Shown: positions 22,749 to 31,945 of the stretch, in pieces
Layout of the letters: the number at the start of each line of letters is the position of its first letter
Position numbering within the stretch: the stretch's first letter is position 1
Assembly: GCA_963822945.1 (NCBI GenBank)
Contig: CAWGJO010000025.1
Span: 8,178-72,177, forward strand
Source: an uncultured Gemmatimonadaceae bacterium
Lineage (GTDB): Bacteria; Gemmatimonadota; Gemmatimonadetes; Gemmatimonadales; Gemmatimonadaceae
DNA: 64,000 bases
Direction: 5' to 3'
The notes under the pieces: generated by a model
Told to the model about the DNA's origin: nothing
Databases searched by the model: none
What the model saw: the letters and a program-made list of their open reading frames with translations, nothing else
Made by a program: the position numbers and the translations under genes

Positions 22749-24116
22749 TCACTCCTTGTCGCCCGCGTCCCGGGCCTTGCGTTTGAGGTCCAGCCACCAC
22801 GCCAACCGCTTCGCGATTTCCTTCTCGAACCCGAAATTGCCGGGTTCGAAGAACGCGGTGCCGCGAAGGCGCTCCGGCAGGTATTCCTGCGGAATGTACG
22901 CCTCCGGCACCGCGTGCGCGTACTGATACCCGCGGCCATAGCCCAGTTCCTTCATCAACCCGGTGGGGGCGTTCCGGATATGCAGCGGTACCGGCTCGGC
23001 CGGCGTCTCCCGTGCCGCGTCCATGGCCGCGTCCAGCGCCCGCTTTGTGCTGTTCGACTTGGGGGCGGTGGCCAGGTAGACCGTCATCTCCGCCAGGGGC
23101 AGATAGCCCTCCGGCGGCCCCAGCATATGGAAGGCGTCGCGCGCGGCCACGGCCAGTTTCAGAGCCTCGGGATCGGCCAACCCGATATCCTCGGCGGCCA
23201 TCGCGATCGCCCGCCGGAAGAGCACCATGGGATCGGCCCCGCCGTCGAGCATCCGCGCCATCCAGTAGAGCGCCGCCTGCGGGTCGCTCCCCCGCAGACT
23301 CTTGTGATACGCGCTCAGCATGTTGTACGTCTCTTCGCCACCCTTGTCGAAGTGCGCGAACCGGAGTTGCAGCGCCTCCCGCCCCTCCGCCTCGCCCAGG
23401 TGCCCGCCCCGGCCCACGTGTGCGGCGGCCGCCTCGAGCACGGTCAACGCACGCCGGGCGTCACCGTCGGCCAGCGTCGCGATCAGCGTCACGGCCTCAT
23501 CGTCCACCTGCAGCCCCCAGTCGCCGAGACCGCGTTCGGCGTCGGCGAGCGCGGTGCGCAGTACGGCCTCGAGATCCGCCACCGGGATGGGCTCCAGCAC
23601 GAACACGCGCAGCCGCGACAGCAATGCGCCGTTGATCTCGAACGACGGGTTCTCCGTCGTCGCCCCGATGAGCGTGATCGTGCCCGCTTCGACGTGCGGC
23701 AGGAAGGCGTCCTGCTGCGCCTTGTTGAACCGATGGATCTCGTCGGCGAACAGAATGGTGCCCTGCCCGGCCGCCCGTCGCGCCTCCGCCTGCGCCACGA
23801 TCTCGCGCACGCGAGGGACGCCTTCGGTGACCGCGGAGAACGAAACGAAGGCCCGGTCCGTGTGCCGCGCGACGAGGCGGGCCAGCGTGGTCTTGCCGGA
23901 GCCCGGCGGCCCCCAGAAGACCATCGACCCGACGGTCCCCGACTCGATCGCCGTGCGCAACGGCTTGCCCTCGGCCAGAAGTTGCCGTTGACCGACGAAC
24001 TCTTCCAGCGAACGCGGGCGCATGCGCGCCGCCAGCGGCGTATCGCCCGGCTTCGCCCACAACGACGCCGCATGCGCGTCCGGCGCCCCGCCGGACGCCT
24101 TCCCACGGGCGCTCAT
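22749..24116 (-). CDS. rarA: Replication-associated recombination protein A (MgsA)
   Basis: PLAARMRP, WGPPGSGKTT, DEIHRFNKAQQD, KSLRGSD and EDIGLADP motifs. Confidence 0.96.
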   Translation of the reverse strand: MSARGKASGGAPDAHAASLWAKPGDTPLAARMRPRSLEEFVGQRQLLAEGKPLRTAIESGTVGSMVFWGPPGSGKTTLARLVARHTDRAFVSFSAVTEGVPRVREIVAQAEARRAAGQGTILFADEIHRFNKAQQDAFLPHVEAGTITLIGATTENPSFEINGALLSRLRVFVLEPIPVADLEAVLRTALADAERGLGDWGLQVDDEAVTLIATLADGDARRALTVLEAAAAHVGRGGHLGEAEGREALQLRFAHFDKGGEETYNMLSAYHKSLRGSDPQAALYWMARMLDGGADPMVLFRRAIAMAAEDIGLADPEALKLAVAARDAFHMLGPPEGYLPLAEMTVYLATAPKSNSTKRALDAAMDAARETPAEPVPLHIRNAPTGLMKELGYGRGYQYAHAVPEAYIPQEYLPERLRGTAFFEPGNFGFEKEIAKRLAWWLDLKRKARDAGDKE

Positions 24117-25450
24117 CGTCCCTCCGCGCCCGACTCCGCCTGCAGCTCCGCGGCGCGCTGTTCCAGCGCCGTCGGCGTGTTGCGCGCCGGGTCGTCGAGC
24201 ACCCAGTCGAGGAGGGCCTGCAGAATCCGGCCCATGGCCGGGCCAGGCGGGACTCCCGCCCGACGGAGGTCGTCGCCGTCCACCGCGAGGTCGCGCAGGT
24301 CCACCGGATCGCGAAACGCCGCGCGCAACGCCCGCCGGTAGAGCGAGCGCACCGCTGCGGCCTCGGGCGCGCTCCCTCGCTCGCGACGCGCCGCCCAGCG
24401 CGCGCTGGCCAGCCGGAAGAAGCCGGGCAGATAGAGCCGTCCCACCGCGGCCACCCAACGCCGCGTCTGCGCGTCCGATACGGCCGTGCCGGACATCAAG
24501 GCGTCACCGATCGCCGCGCCGATGGTCTGCCACCGTTCCACCAGCGCCTGGATCCACGTCATCTCCAACTTCGAGCAGCGCAGTGCCGTGAGCGCCGCGG
24601 CGATGCGGCCGTCGACGGCCGGCACGTCGCTGAACAGCGCTGCCATGCGGTGGATGCGCCGGTTGGGGCGCTGCGCCATGCCGGGCATGGCCAGGCAATC
24701 GAGCGCGCGCAGCGTCTCGTCGCTTACGCCGGCGAGCGCGGGCACCAGCGTGGCCAGCGCGCCGGCTTCCCGCCACCGCGCGAGCGCCGCGCCCGGCCGG
24801 GCCACCTGCTGCATGGTCTTCTCGATTTCCTGCTTCACCCGTTCGGGCGACAGGCGCCCCAGGTGCGGCGCGCTCGCCACCATGGCGTTCCACGTGGGGG
24901 CATCGATCTCGAAGTCGAAGCGCGCGGCGAACCGGATGGCGCGCAACACGCGCAGACGATCCTCGCGCATGCGTTCCGCGGGATCGCCCACAGCGCGCAC
25001 CAGCCGGCGCTTCAGGTCCTCGCGGCCCCCGAACGGATCGTGCAGCCGTTCGTGCCGCGGCGAGTAGGCGATGGCGTTGATCGTGAAGTCCCGGCGGGCC
25101 AGATCGTCGTCCAGCGAGACGCCGAACTCCACCTCCGCGTGCCGGCCGTCGGTGCGCACGTCGCGCCGGAAGGTCGTCACTTCATGGAGCGTCTTCTGAT
25201 CGTCGAGCACCCCGACGGTGCCGAATTCGATGCCCACGGGAATGGTGCGGCGGTGGCCGAACAGCGCGCGCACCTGTTCGGGTGTGGCCGCCGTGGCCAG
25301 GTCCCAATCGAGATGCGGGTGCCCGAGCAGCGCGTCGCGCACCGCGCCCCCCACGCACCAGGTTTCGTGGCCGGCTCTTTCCAGGCGGTCGGCGATTTCC
25401 AGCACCGGCCGCGGGGGACGCAGGAGTTTCAGCTCGTCCCGATCAGCCAT
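24113..25450 (-). CDS. cca: Class II CCA tRNA nucleotidyltransferase
   Basis: VGGAVRD..DWD, RRDFTINA and EDRLR motifs; intact flexible loop (TTFRRDVRTDGRHAEV). Confidence 0.88.
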   Translation of the reverse strand: MADRDELKLLRPPRPVLEIADRLERAGHETWCVGGAVRDALLGHPHLDWDLATAATPEQVRALFGHRRTIPVGIEFGTVGVLDDQKTLHEVTTFRRDVRTDGRHAEVEFGVSLDDDLARRDFTINAIAYSPRHERLHDPFGGREDLKRRLVRAVGDPAERMREDRLRVLRAIRFAARFDFEIDAPTWNAMVASAPHLGRLSPERVKQEIEKTMQQVARPGAALARWREAGALATLVPALAGVSDETLRALDCLAMPGMAQRPNRRIHRMAALFSDVPAVDGRIAAALTALRCSKLEMTWIQALVERWQTIGAAIGDALMSGTAVSDAQTRRWVAAVGRLYLPGFFRLASARWAARRERGSAPEAAAVRSLYRRALRAAFRDPVDLRDLAVDGDDLRRAGVPPGPAMGRILQALLDWVLDDPARNTPTALEQRAAELQAESGAEGR

Positions 25451-26402
25451 CGAAGACGGTACGCACGTCGACGCCGGCGCCGAGCGCCAGCATGAGATCG
25501 ATGCGCGCCTGTTGCGGCCGGCGGCTGCCGGCGAACAGCGCGCCGGCCTCGAACAGCCGCCGGCCGCCGCCGGGATAGCCGTAGGTGTGTCCCACCCGCC
25601 CGCGCAGGGCACGCGAGGTGATGACCACCGGCTTGCCGTCGGCAATCCAGCGCTCGATGCCGTCGGCCATGAGAGGCGGCACGTTGCCCCGCCCCATGGC
25701 CGCCACCACCACGCCCGGTGCAGTGGCCCGCGAGGCATCGAGCAGGCGGGCGTCGGCGCCCTGCCACGCGTACACGATATCCACCGGTTGGGCCGGCGCA
25801 TCGGGCGCCAGCGTGGGCAGCGCGGAGTGCGCGTTGCGCCGCACGATTACCCGGCCGTCGTCCACCACGCCCAAGGGGCCGAGCCCCGGACTCTCGAACG
25901 CGTCGGGCATGTGGGTGTGCACTTTGGTCACATCGAGCGCGCTGAAAATGCGGTCGCCCATCACCACCAGCACGCCGAGTCCGCGCGCATCGGCGCTGGC
26001 TGCCGTGATCACCGCCGCGCCGAGGTTCGCCGGCCCGTCCCAACCGAGGTCGCTGGACGTGCGCATCGCGCCCGTGAACACGATCGGCTTGTCCGTGGAC
26101 AGCGAGCGCGCCATCAGGTACGCCGACTCCTCCAGCGAGTCGGTGCCGTGCGTGAGCACGATGCCGTCCACCTCGGGCCGCGCCAGGTGCGACGCGATGC
26201 GGGCGCGGAGCGACCACACCCGCTCGACCGTCATGTGCGGTCCGGGGAAGGCGCCGAAATCGTCCACCTCGAGTTCCGCGAATCGATCAATGCCCGGCGC
26301 GAGCGCCAGGATATCGCGGCCGGTGAGCGCCGGCACGGCGCCCCCGAGTTCGGGATCGTGGCGCATGCCGATCGTGCCGCCCGTGAAGATGAGAACGATC
26401 AT
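25443..26402 (-). CDS. L-asparaginase (class 1)
   Basis: TGGTIG and HGTDS catalytic motifs. Confidence 0.92.
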   Translation of the reverse strand: MIVLIFTGGTIGMRHDPELGGAVPALTGRDILALAPGIDRFAELEVDDFGAFPGPHMTVERVWSLRARIASHLARPEVDGIVLTHGTDSLEESAYLMARSLSTDKPIVFTGAMRTSSDLGWDGPANLGAAVITAASADARGLGVLVVMGDRIFSALDVTKVHTHMPDAFESPGLGPLGVVDDGRVIVRRNAHSALPTLAPDAPAQPVDIVYAWQGADARLLDASRATAPGVVVAAMGRGNVPPLMADGIERWIADGKPVVITSRALRGRVGHTYGYPGGGRRLFEAGALFAGSRRPQQARIDLMLALGAGVDVRTVFDG

Positions 26403-27154
26403 CCGCAGAGCACGCTCCCGCCGTTCACGTTCACGATCTCGCCGGTGATGTGCCGGGCGAGCGGCGAACAGAGAAAGACAATGGGTCCGGCGATGTCCTT
26501 GGGGTCGGCCACCCGCCCCAGGGGGATCGTGGCGGCAATCCGCTCCCGCCCGCCGTCGGCGTAGGGAATCTCGCACATCTCGGTGTCCACCCACCCCGGG
26601 GCGACGCTGTTCACCGTGATGTCGCGCCGGGCCAACTCCGGCGCCAGCGACTTCACGAACGAGATCATCGCGCCCTTCGACGCGCCGTAGTCGGCATGGT
26701 AGGCCTCGCCGCGCTGCCCCGCCGTGCTCGCTACGAGCACGATGCGGCCGTGGTCGCGCAACACGCGGGCGGCGGCCCGCGACGTGTAGAACATCGCGTC
26801 CACGTTCTGCGTCATCGTGCGCCGCCAGCGCTCATCCGACAGCTGCGTCACGTCCTCGTCCTCCACCGGCCAGATCCCGGCGTTGCCGACGAAGAGGTCC
26901 AACGCGCCCAGTTCCCGGACCGCGGCGGCGACGAGTTCGTCCGCGCCTGCCGACGTCGCGATGTCCGACGCCACGGCCGCCGACCGCACGCCGAGCGCGC
27001 GCGCCTCGGCCGCCACGCGTTCGGCATCGTCGCGCCGCGCGCGGTATCCCAACACCACATCGGCGCCGCTCTCGGCGAGCATCAACACGGTGGCGGCGCC
27101 GATGCCACGCGAGCCGCCGGTGACCAGCGCACTTTTGCCCGACAGATTGATCAC
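26399..27154 (-). CDS. SDR family oxidoreductase (FabG-like)
   Basis: TGGSRGIG, NAGI, YGASK and VAPGWVDT motifs. Confidence 0.92.
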   Translation of the reverse strand: MINLSGKSALVTGGSRGIGAATVLMLAESGADVVLGYRARRDDAERVAAEARALGVRSAAVASDIATSAGADELVAAAVRELGALDLFVGNAGIWPVEDEDVTQLSDERWRRTMTQNVDAMFYTSRAAARVLRDHGRIVLVASTAGQRGEAYHADYGASKGAMISFVKSLAPELARRDITVNSVAPGWVDTEMCEIPYADGGRERIAATIPLGRVADPKDIAGPIVFLCSPLARHITGEIVNVNGGSVLCG

Positions 27155-27726
27155 AGTTCCCGCTCCACCAGGTCGCAGATGATGTGTTCGATGCACAGGT
27201 GCAGTTCCTGTGCGCGATCGGTCCGGTCGGTGGGAATCACGACCGAGTGGTCGGCCAGCGCCTGGAGTTGGCCGCCATCGCGCGCCGAGAAGGCCAGCAC
27301 GCGAACCCCCGCCGCCCGCGCCGCTTCGGCCGCGCGCAGCACGTTGGGCGAATTGCCGCTCGTGGAATGGATCACGAGCAGGTCGCCCGGCCGCGCCAGC
27401 GCTTCCACCTGGCGCGCGAACACCTCGGCGAAACCGAGGTCGTTGCCCGCCGCGGTGAGCAGCGACGTATCGGTGGTGAGCGCAACCGCCGGGTAGGCCC
27501 GGCGGTTGCGCATGTAGCGCACCACGTACTCGGTGGCCATGTGCTGGGCATCGGCCGCGCTGCCTCCGTTTCCGCAGAAGAAGAGCGTGCCCCCTCCGCG
27601 GACCGTCTCGCGCACGAGCCGCAGGGCGTCGTCGAGCTCGGCACCCATCGTCTCGGCCACGCGCGACGCCGTGGCCGCCAGCGCCCGAAGCGCTTCCGCG
27701 AATTCACCCTTCGCCTGTTGTGTCAC
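27151..27726 (-). CDS. gmhA: Phosphoheptose isomerase
   Basis: CGNGGSAADAQH, STSGNSPN and QELH motifs. Confidence 0.95.
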   Translation of the reverse strand: MTQQAKGEFAEALRALAATASRVAETMGAELDDALRLVRETVRGGGTLFFCGNGGSAADAQHMATEYVVRYMRNRRAYPAVALTTDTSLLTAAGNDLGFAEVFARQVEALARPGDLLVIHSTSGNSPNVLRAAEAARAAGVRVLAFSARDGGQLQALADHSVVIPTDRTDRAQELHLCIEHIICDLVEREL

Positions 27727-27750
27727 GCCACGCGCCTCCGCGCCGTGTGG

Positions 27751-28530
27751 TCAGCTGCGACTCGCGCGGCCCGATCCGCCGCGGCCGAGCACCATCTCTT
27801 TGAGCTGCGCCAGCATTCCCTGCTTCACCACGAGCGGCGGCACGTCCTGCAACGGCTCGTTGGCCAGCAGCCGCCGCGCATTGTCGCGCGTGAGCAGGCG
27901 GGTCTGCTCCTCGGTCCCGTGTTCCAGCAGCCAGTCGCGCACCGCCATCAGCGATCGCGAATCGCCGTGATTGTCGCTGGCAATGACGTCGGCGTATCCG
28001 CGGGCCAGCATCTCCCGCGCCAACGCCGCCGATCGGTGGCTGCCCAGCAACGCGGCGCCGTCCATCTGGATCACCGCCCCCACACGGCGCCACTCTTCCA
28101 CCTGCTCCACCGTGCAGCCGTGGTACCGCTCCGGGTGCGCGAGCACCGGAATGATCCCGCTGGTCCGCAGGCGGAACAGCTCGTCGGCCGCGTGCGGCGG
28201 GATCGACATCCGGGGAAACTCCACCAACACCGCCTTCGACCCGCCGAGGCCGAGCTGCGGATGCCGCAGGTCCGACCCGGGCACGTCGAGCATGATTTCC
28301 CATCCGAGCTTCAGCTCGGGGCTCGCGGGGACGGCGGCCCGCAGATCGCCCAACAACTGGCGGTACTGGTTGTACGGAGCCCGCGCCGCGTCGGATGCCA
28401 TGAGATGCGGCGTGCACACCAGCACCTCGACCCCGCCCTCGGCGAATCGCTGCAGCACCGGCGCCGACACCTCGATCGACGGCGACCCGTCGTCCACCCC
28501 CGGCAGGAGATGCGAATGAATGTCGATCAC
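27751..28530 (-). CDS. PHP-family tyrosine phosphatase (CpsB/CapC/YwqE-like)
   Basis: IDIHSHLLPGVDDGS, TPH, AHPERY and ASDNH motifs; alternative start at 28554. Confidence 0.9.
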   Translation of the reverse strand: MIDIHSHLLPGVDDGSPSIEVSAPVLQRFAEGGVEVLVCTPHLMASDAARAPYNQYRQLLGDLRAAVPASPELKLGWEIMLDVPGSDLRHPQLGLGGSKAVLVEFPRMSIPPHAADELFRLRTSGIIPVLAHPERYHGCTVEQVEEWRRVGAVIQMDGAALLGSHRSAALAREMLARGYADVIASDNHGDSRSLMAVRDWLLEHGTEEQTRLLTRDNARRLLANEPLQDVPPLVVKQGMLAQLKEMVLGRGGSGRASRS

Positions 28531-28550
28531 CGCGAACCCCCGTGCCGGCG

Positions 28551-28889
28551 TCACGCGCCCTCCGCCGCGGCCGAGAACCGCGCGCCGATGGCCGCCACGC
28601 GTTCCATGACGGCCCCGGCCTCGGCATCGAGGTCCACCGCCGACTCCGCCGCATGCTCGAACGCGTACGTCACGAGCGCATCGGCGGCCAGCAGGTCGAG
28701 CGCGGTCTCGCGCCCCGTTTCCCGCGCCGCCAGCAGCGACGCGAGCAGCCCCTCGGCCGCCGCCTCGCACACCGCGTGCGTACGGGACGCGTCGTCCGAC
28801 CACCGATCGCCGAGCGCCTGACGAATCCGCGCGGCCAGCGCCGACGGCGCCTCGGGCGTGCGCGACCCGAGCCACTCGCCGACCGTCAC
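28551..28889 (-). CDS. Hypothetical helical protein (112 aa)
   Basis: Fills the gap between alaS and the phosphatase; GTG overlaps the alaS stop; ALDLLAADALVTYAFE segment. Confidence 0.7.
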   Translation of the reverse strand: MTVGEWLGSRTPEAPSALAARIRQALGDRWSDDASRTHAVCEAAAEGLLASLLAARETGRETALDLLAADALVTYAFEHAAESAVDLDAEAGAVMERVAAIGARFSAAAEGA

Positions 28890-31693
28890 GTCCCCTTCCC
28901 GATCAACGTCCGGGCGATGTCCGGCGCCTGCCGGAGCGCGTCGTCCAGACGCGAGGCATCGGGGATGCCCGCCTGCGCCATGTGCGCCTTGCCCCCCCCG
29001 CGGCCACCGGCGAGCGCCGCCAACTGCTTGACCAGCGCCCCGGCACTCATGCCGCGCTTCACCATGTCGTCGGTGACCACCGCGAGCATCGTCGTCTTGC
29101 CATCGCCCAGCGTAGCTGCCAGCACGCCCACCCCCGATCCGAGCTGCTCCCGCAGCGCGTCGCCCAGGGTCTGCAGTTCCTTGAGGTCGGCCGCCGGGAC
29201 CACGCGCCCCACGAAGCGGGCCCCACCACCGTTCAGCGCCTGCGCCTCGGCAATCCACTGCGCCATCTGGTCGCCGCCGCCGCGCAGCACCTCCTCCACC
29301 CGCTTCTCCAGCGCGCGCCGTTCGTCGAGCAACGCCTGCACGCGCTTCTCCACGCCGTCCGGTGTCACCCGCAGCAACTCGGCAACACGGCCGAGCGCCT
29401 CGGTGCCCTCGTGCAGCAGCACGTACGCCCCCGGCCCGGTCACCGCCTCGATGCGGCGCACGCCCGACGCCACACCGGTCTCGTGAACGATCTGGAACAG
29501 TCCGATCTCCGCCGTGTTGCGCACGTGCGTGCCCCCACACAGCTCCATCGAGAATCCGGGCACCGTCACCACGCGCACCACGTCGCCGTACTTCTCTCCG
29601 AACAGCGCCATGGCGCCCGCCGCGCGCGCGTCGGGATACGGCATCTCGCGGGTCGAGACGGGGATGGCCTCCCAGATGCGCGCGTTCACGATCTCCTGGA
29701 TCCTGGCCAGCCGCTCCGCGCTCACCGGGCCGTGATGTGTGAAGTCGAATCGCAGACGGTCGGGCGCCACCAGCGATCCGGCCTGATGCACCGCGTCGCC
29801 CAGCACCTGGCGAAGCGCCGCGTGCAGCAGATGGGTAGCCGTGTGGTTCCGTTCGGTGTCCCTGCGGCGCAGCGACGGCACGCGGGCCGTCACGCGCCCG
29901 AAGGCGAACGTCCCCTCGATCCGCCCCACGGCGGCCGGACGGCCGTCCACCTTGCGCACGTCCTCCACGTCGACGCGCCACCCCGAACCGACGATCTCTC
30001 CGTGGTCGGAGATCTGCCCGCCGGACTCGGCGTAGAACGGCGTCTCGCGCAGCAGGAGCGCCACGCGTCCGTCGCCCAGTTGCCGCACCGCCGTCACCTG
30101 GGTCTCGATCTCCACCGTGTCGTACCCGACGAACGCCACGTCGGTGGACTCGGCCCCGGGCGCCGTGGTCCATTCCGCGAGGTCGCCCAGCGCGTCGGCC
30201 TGCACGGCAATGTTCCGCGATTTGCGCTCCGCTTTCGACCGGTTTCGCTGCGCATCGAGCGCCGCGTTGAATCCGGCAATGTCCACCGTGTAGCCGCGCT
30301 CGCGCGCCATCAACTCGGTAAGATCGATCGGGAACCCGAAGGTGTCGTACAACCGGAAGGCATCGTCACCACTGATCGTGCCGCGAATGGAATCGCCGAG
30401 ATTCGTGCCGCGCTCCGGCGCCATCTGCTCGAACCGGGCGAGCCCGCCCTCGATGGTCGAGAGGAACGATTCCTCCTCCACCTGCGTGGTCTTGAGCAGA
30501 TGCGCCGAACGGGTCCGCAGTTCCGGATACGCGTCGCCCATCGTCTCGATCACGGCTTCCACCACACGCACCAGCGTCGGCTCGGTGCGGCCCAGCAGCC
30601 AGGCGTGGCGCACGGCGCGCCGGAGAATGCGGCGCAGCACGTATCCCCGGCCGTCGTTCGACGGGAATACGCCGTCGGCGAGCAGAAACGCCACGGCCCG
30701 CGCATGATCCGCGATCACGCGGAACGACGCCGGGTCGACCATCACCGTGCGGCCGTGCACCGTCATCGTGCTGGGCGCGTGTTCCGAGCGCCCGCGGTAG
30801 GGGAGCCCCACCGTGTCCTCGACGGCGCGAATCAGCGGCGCGAACAGGTCGGTATGGTAGTTGTTGGTCACGCCCTGCATGACGGCGGCGATGCGCTCCA
30901 GACCGGCCCCCGTGTCCACCGACGGACGCGGCAGCGGCTCGAGCGTGCCGTCCGCCTGCCGGTCGAACTGCATGAAGACCAGGTTCCAGATCTCGAGGAA
31001 GCGCCCCGCTTCAGCTCCCTCGACGAACGCGTCGGTGGAGAAGTCGTCGCGGTCGAGTTCCGTCCACTCCCCCGACGCATCGTCGGAAAAGCGCCAGTCG
31101 TCGGTCAGGTGCGCCAGATCGACGTAGATCTCCGAGCACGGGCCGCACGGACCGGTGTCTGCCATCTGCCAGAAATTGTCCTTCTCGCCCAGGCCGTAGA
31201 TGCGTGAGTCGGGGAGCCCCGCGACGTCCTTCCAGATCTCGCGCGCCTCCGCGTCCTCCCGGAACACCGACACGCGCACATGAGCGGGGTCGATGCCCAG
31301 ATTCCCCTGCTCGCGGGCACCGGTCACGAACTCCCAGCCGAAGCGGATCGCGTCGGCCTTGAAGTAGTCACCGAACGAGAAGTTGCCGAGCATCTCGAAG
31401 AAGGTGTGATGCCGCGCCGTGTGCCCCACCTGCTCCAGGTCGTTGTGCTTGCCGCCCGCCCGCACGCACTTCTGCGCCGTGGTCGCCCGGCGGCGGCCGT
31501 CCGGCGGATCCTCCATGCCGAGGAACACTTTCTTGAACTGGACCATCCCCGCGTTCGTGAACAGCAGGGTGGGATCGTCCGCCGGGACCAGGGACGAACT
31601 GGGACGGCGCACGTGTCCCTGGCGCTCGAAGTAGGCCAGGAACCGCTCGCGGATTTCCGCGGCGGAGAGGGTGGGGGTTTCGCGGTGAGGCAT
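28886..31693 (-). CDS. alaS: Alanine--tRNA ligase
   Basis: DPTLLFTNAGM, HHTFFEMLGNFSFGDYFK, DTGAGLER, HTATH/CGGTH editing motifs, C-Ala GGGKAHMAQAG. Confidence 0.98.
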   Translation of the reverse strand: MPHRETPTLSAAEIRERFLAYFERQGHVRRPSSSLVPADDPTLLFTNAGMVQFKKVFLGMEDPPDGRRRATTAQKCVRAGGKHNDLEQVGHTARHHTFFEMLGNFSFGDYFKADAIRFGWEFVTGAREQGNLGIDPAHVRVSVFREDAEAREIWKDVAGLPDSRIYGLGEKDNFWQMADTGPCGPCSEIYVDLAHLTDDWRFSDDASGEWTELDRDDFSTDAFVEGAEAGRFLEIWNLVFMQFDRQADGTLEPLPRPSVDTGAGLERIAAVMQGVTNNYHTDLFAPLIRAVEDTVGLPYRGRSEHAPSTMTVHGRTVMVDPASFRVIADHARAVAFLLADGVFPSNDGRGYVLRRILRRAVRHAWLLGRTEPTLVRVVEAVIETMGDAYPELRTRSAHLLKTTQVEEESFLSTIEGGLARFEQMAPERGTNLGDSIRGTISGDDAFRLYDTFGFPIDLTELMARERGYTVDIAGFNAALDAQRNRSKAERKSRNIAVQADALGDLAEWTTAPGAESTDVAFVGYDTVEIETQVTAVRQLGDGRVALLLRETPFYAESGGQISDHGEIVGSGWRVDVEDVRKVDGRPAAVGRIEGTFAFGRVTARVPSLRRRDTERNHTATHLLHAALRQVLGDAVHQAGSLVAPDRLRFDFTHHGPVSAERLARIQEIVNARIWEAIPVSTREMPYPDARAAGAMALFGEKYGDVVRVVTVPGFSMELCGGTHVRNTAEIGLFQIVHETGVASGVRRIEAVTGPGAYVLLHEGTEALGRVAELLRVTPDGVEKRVQALLDERRALEKRVEEVLRGGGDQMAQWIAEAQALNGGGARFVGRVVPAADLKELQTLGDALREQLGSGVGVLAATLGDGKTTMLAVVTDDMVKRGMSAGALVKQLAALAGGRGGGKAHMAQAGIPDASRLDDALRQAPDIARTLIGKGT

Positions 31694-31739
31694 ACGGTGG
31701 GGAATATATCACCCAGAAAGGGCGAAAACCCCATTACGA

Positions 31740-31883
31740 CGCAGGGCCGATACCACGCAGGGCCGATACCACGCAGGACCGATACGGCGCAGGGCCGATA
31801 CCACGCAGGGCCGATACCACGCAGGGCCGATACCACGCAGGGCCGAAACCGCGCAGGGGCGATACGGCGCAGGGGCGATACGG
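31740..31883. repeat. Tandem array of nine 16-bp units, consensus CGCAGGGCCGATACCA
   Basis: Units start at 31740, 31756, 31772, 31788, 31804, 31820, 31836, 31852 and 31868; five exact, four with 2-3 substitutions; no spacers. Confidence 0.97.
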
Positions 31884-31945
31884 CGGGGAATCGGAAGGGC
31901 TAGGGCCTGGAAACAGCGAGTTCGTTGGACGCCGCGCCGGGGGCG

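Noticed and set aside
31740..31883. CRISPR array interpretation of the 16-bp repeats
   Set aside because: Units are contiguous with no unique spacers, are too short, and no cas genes are present.
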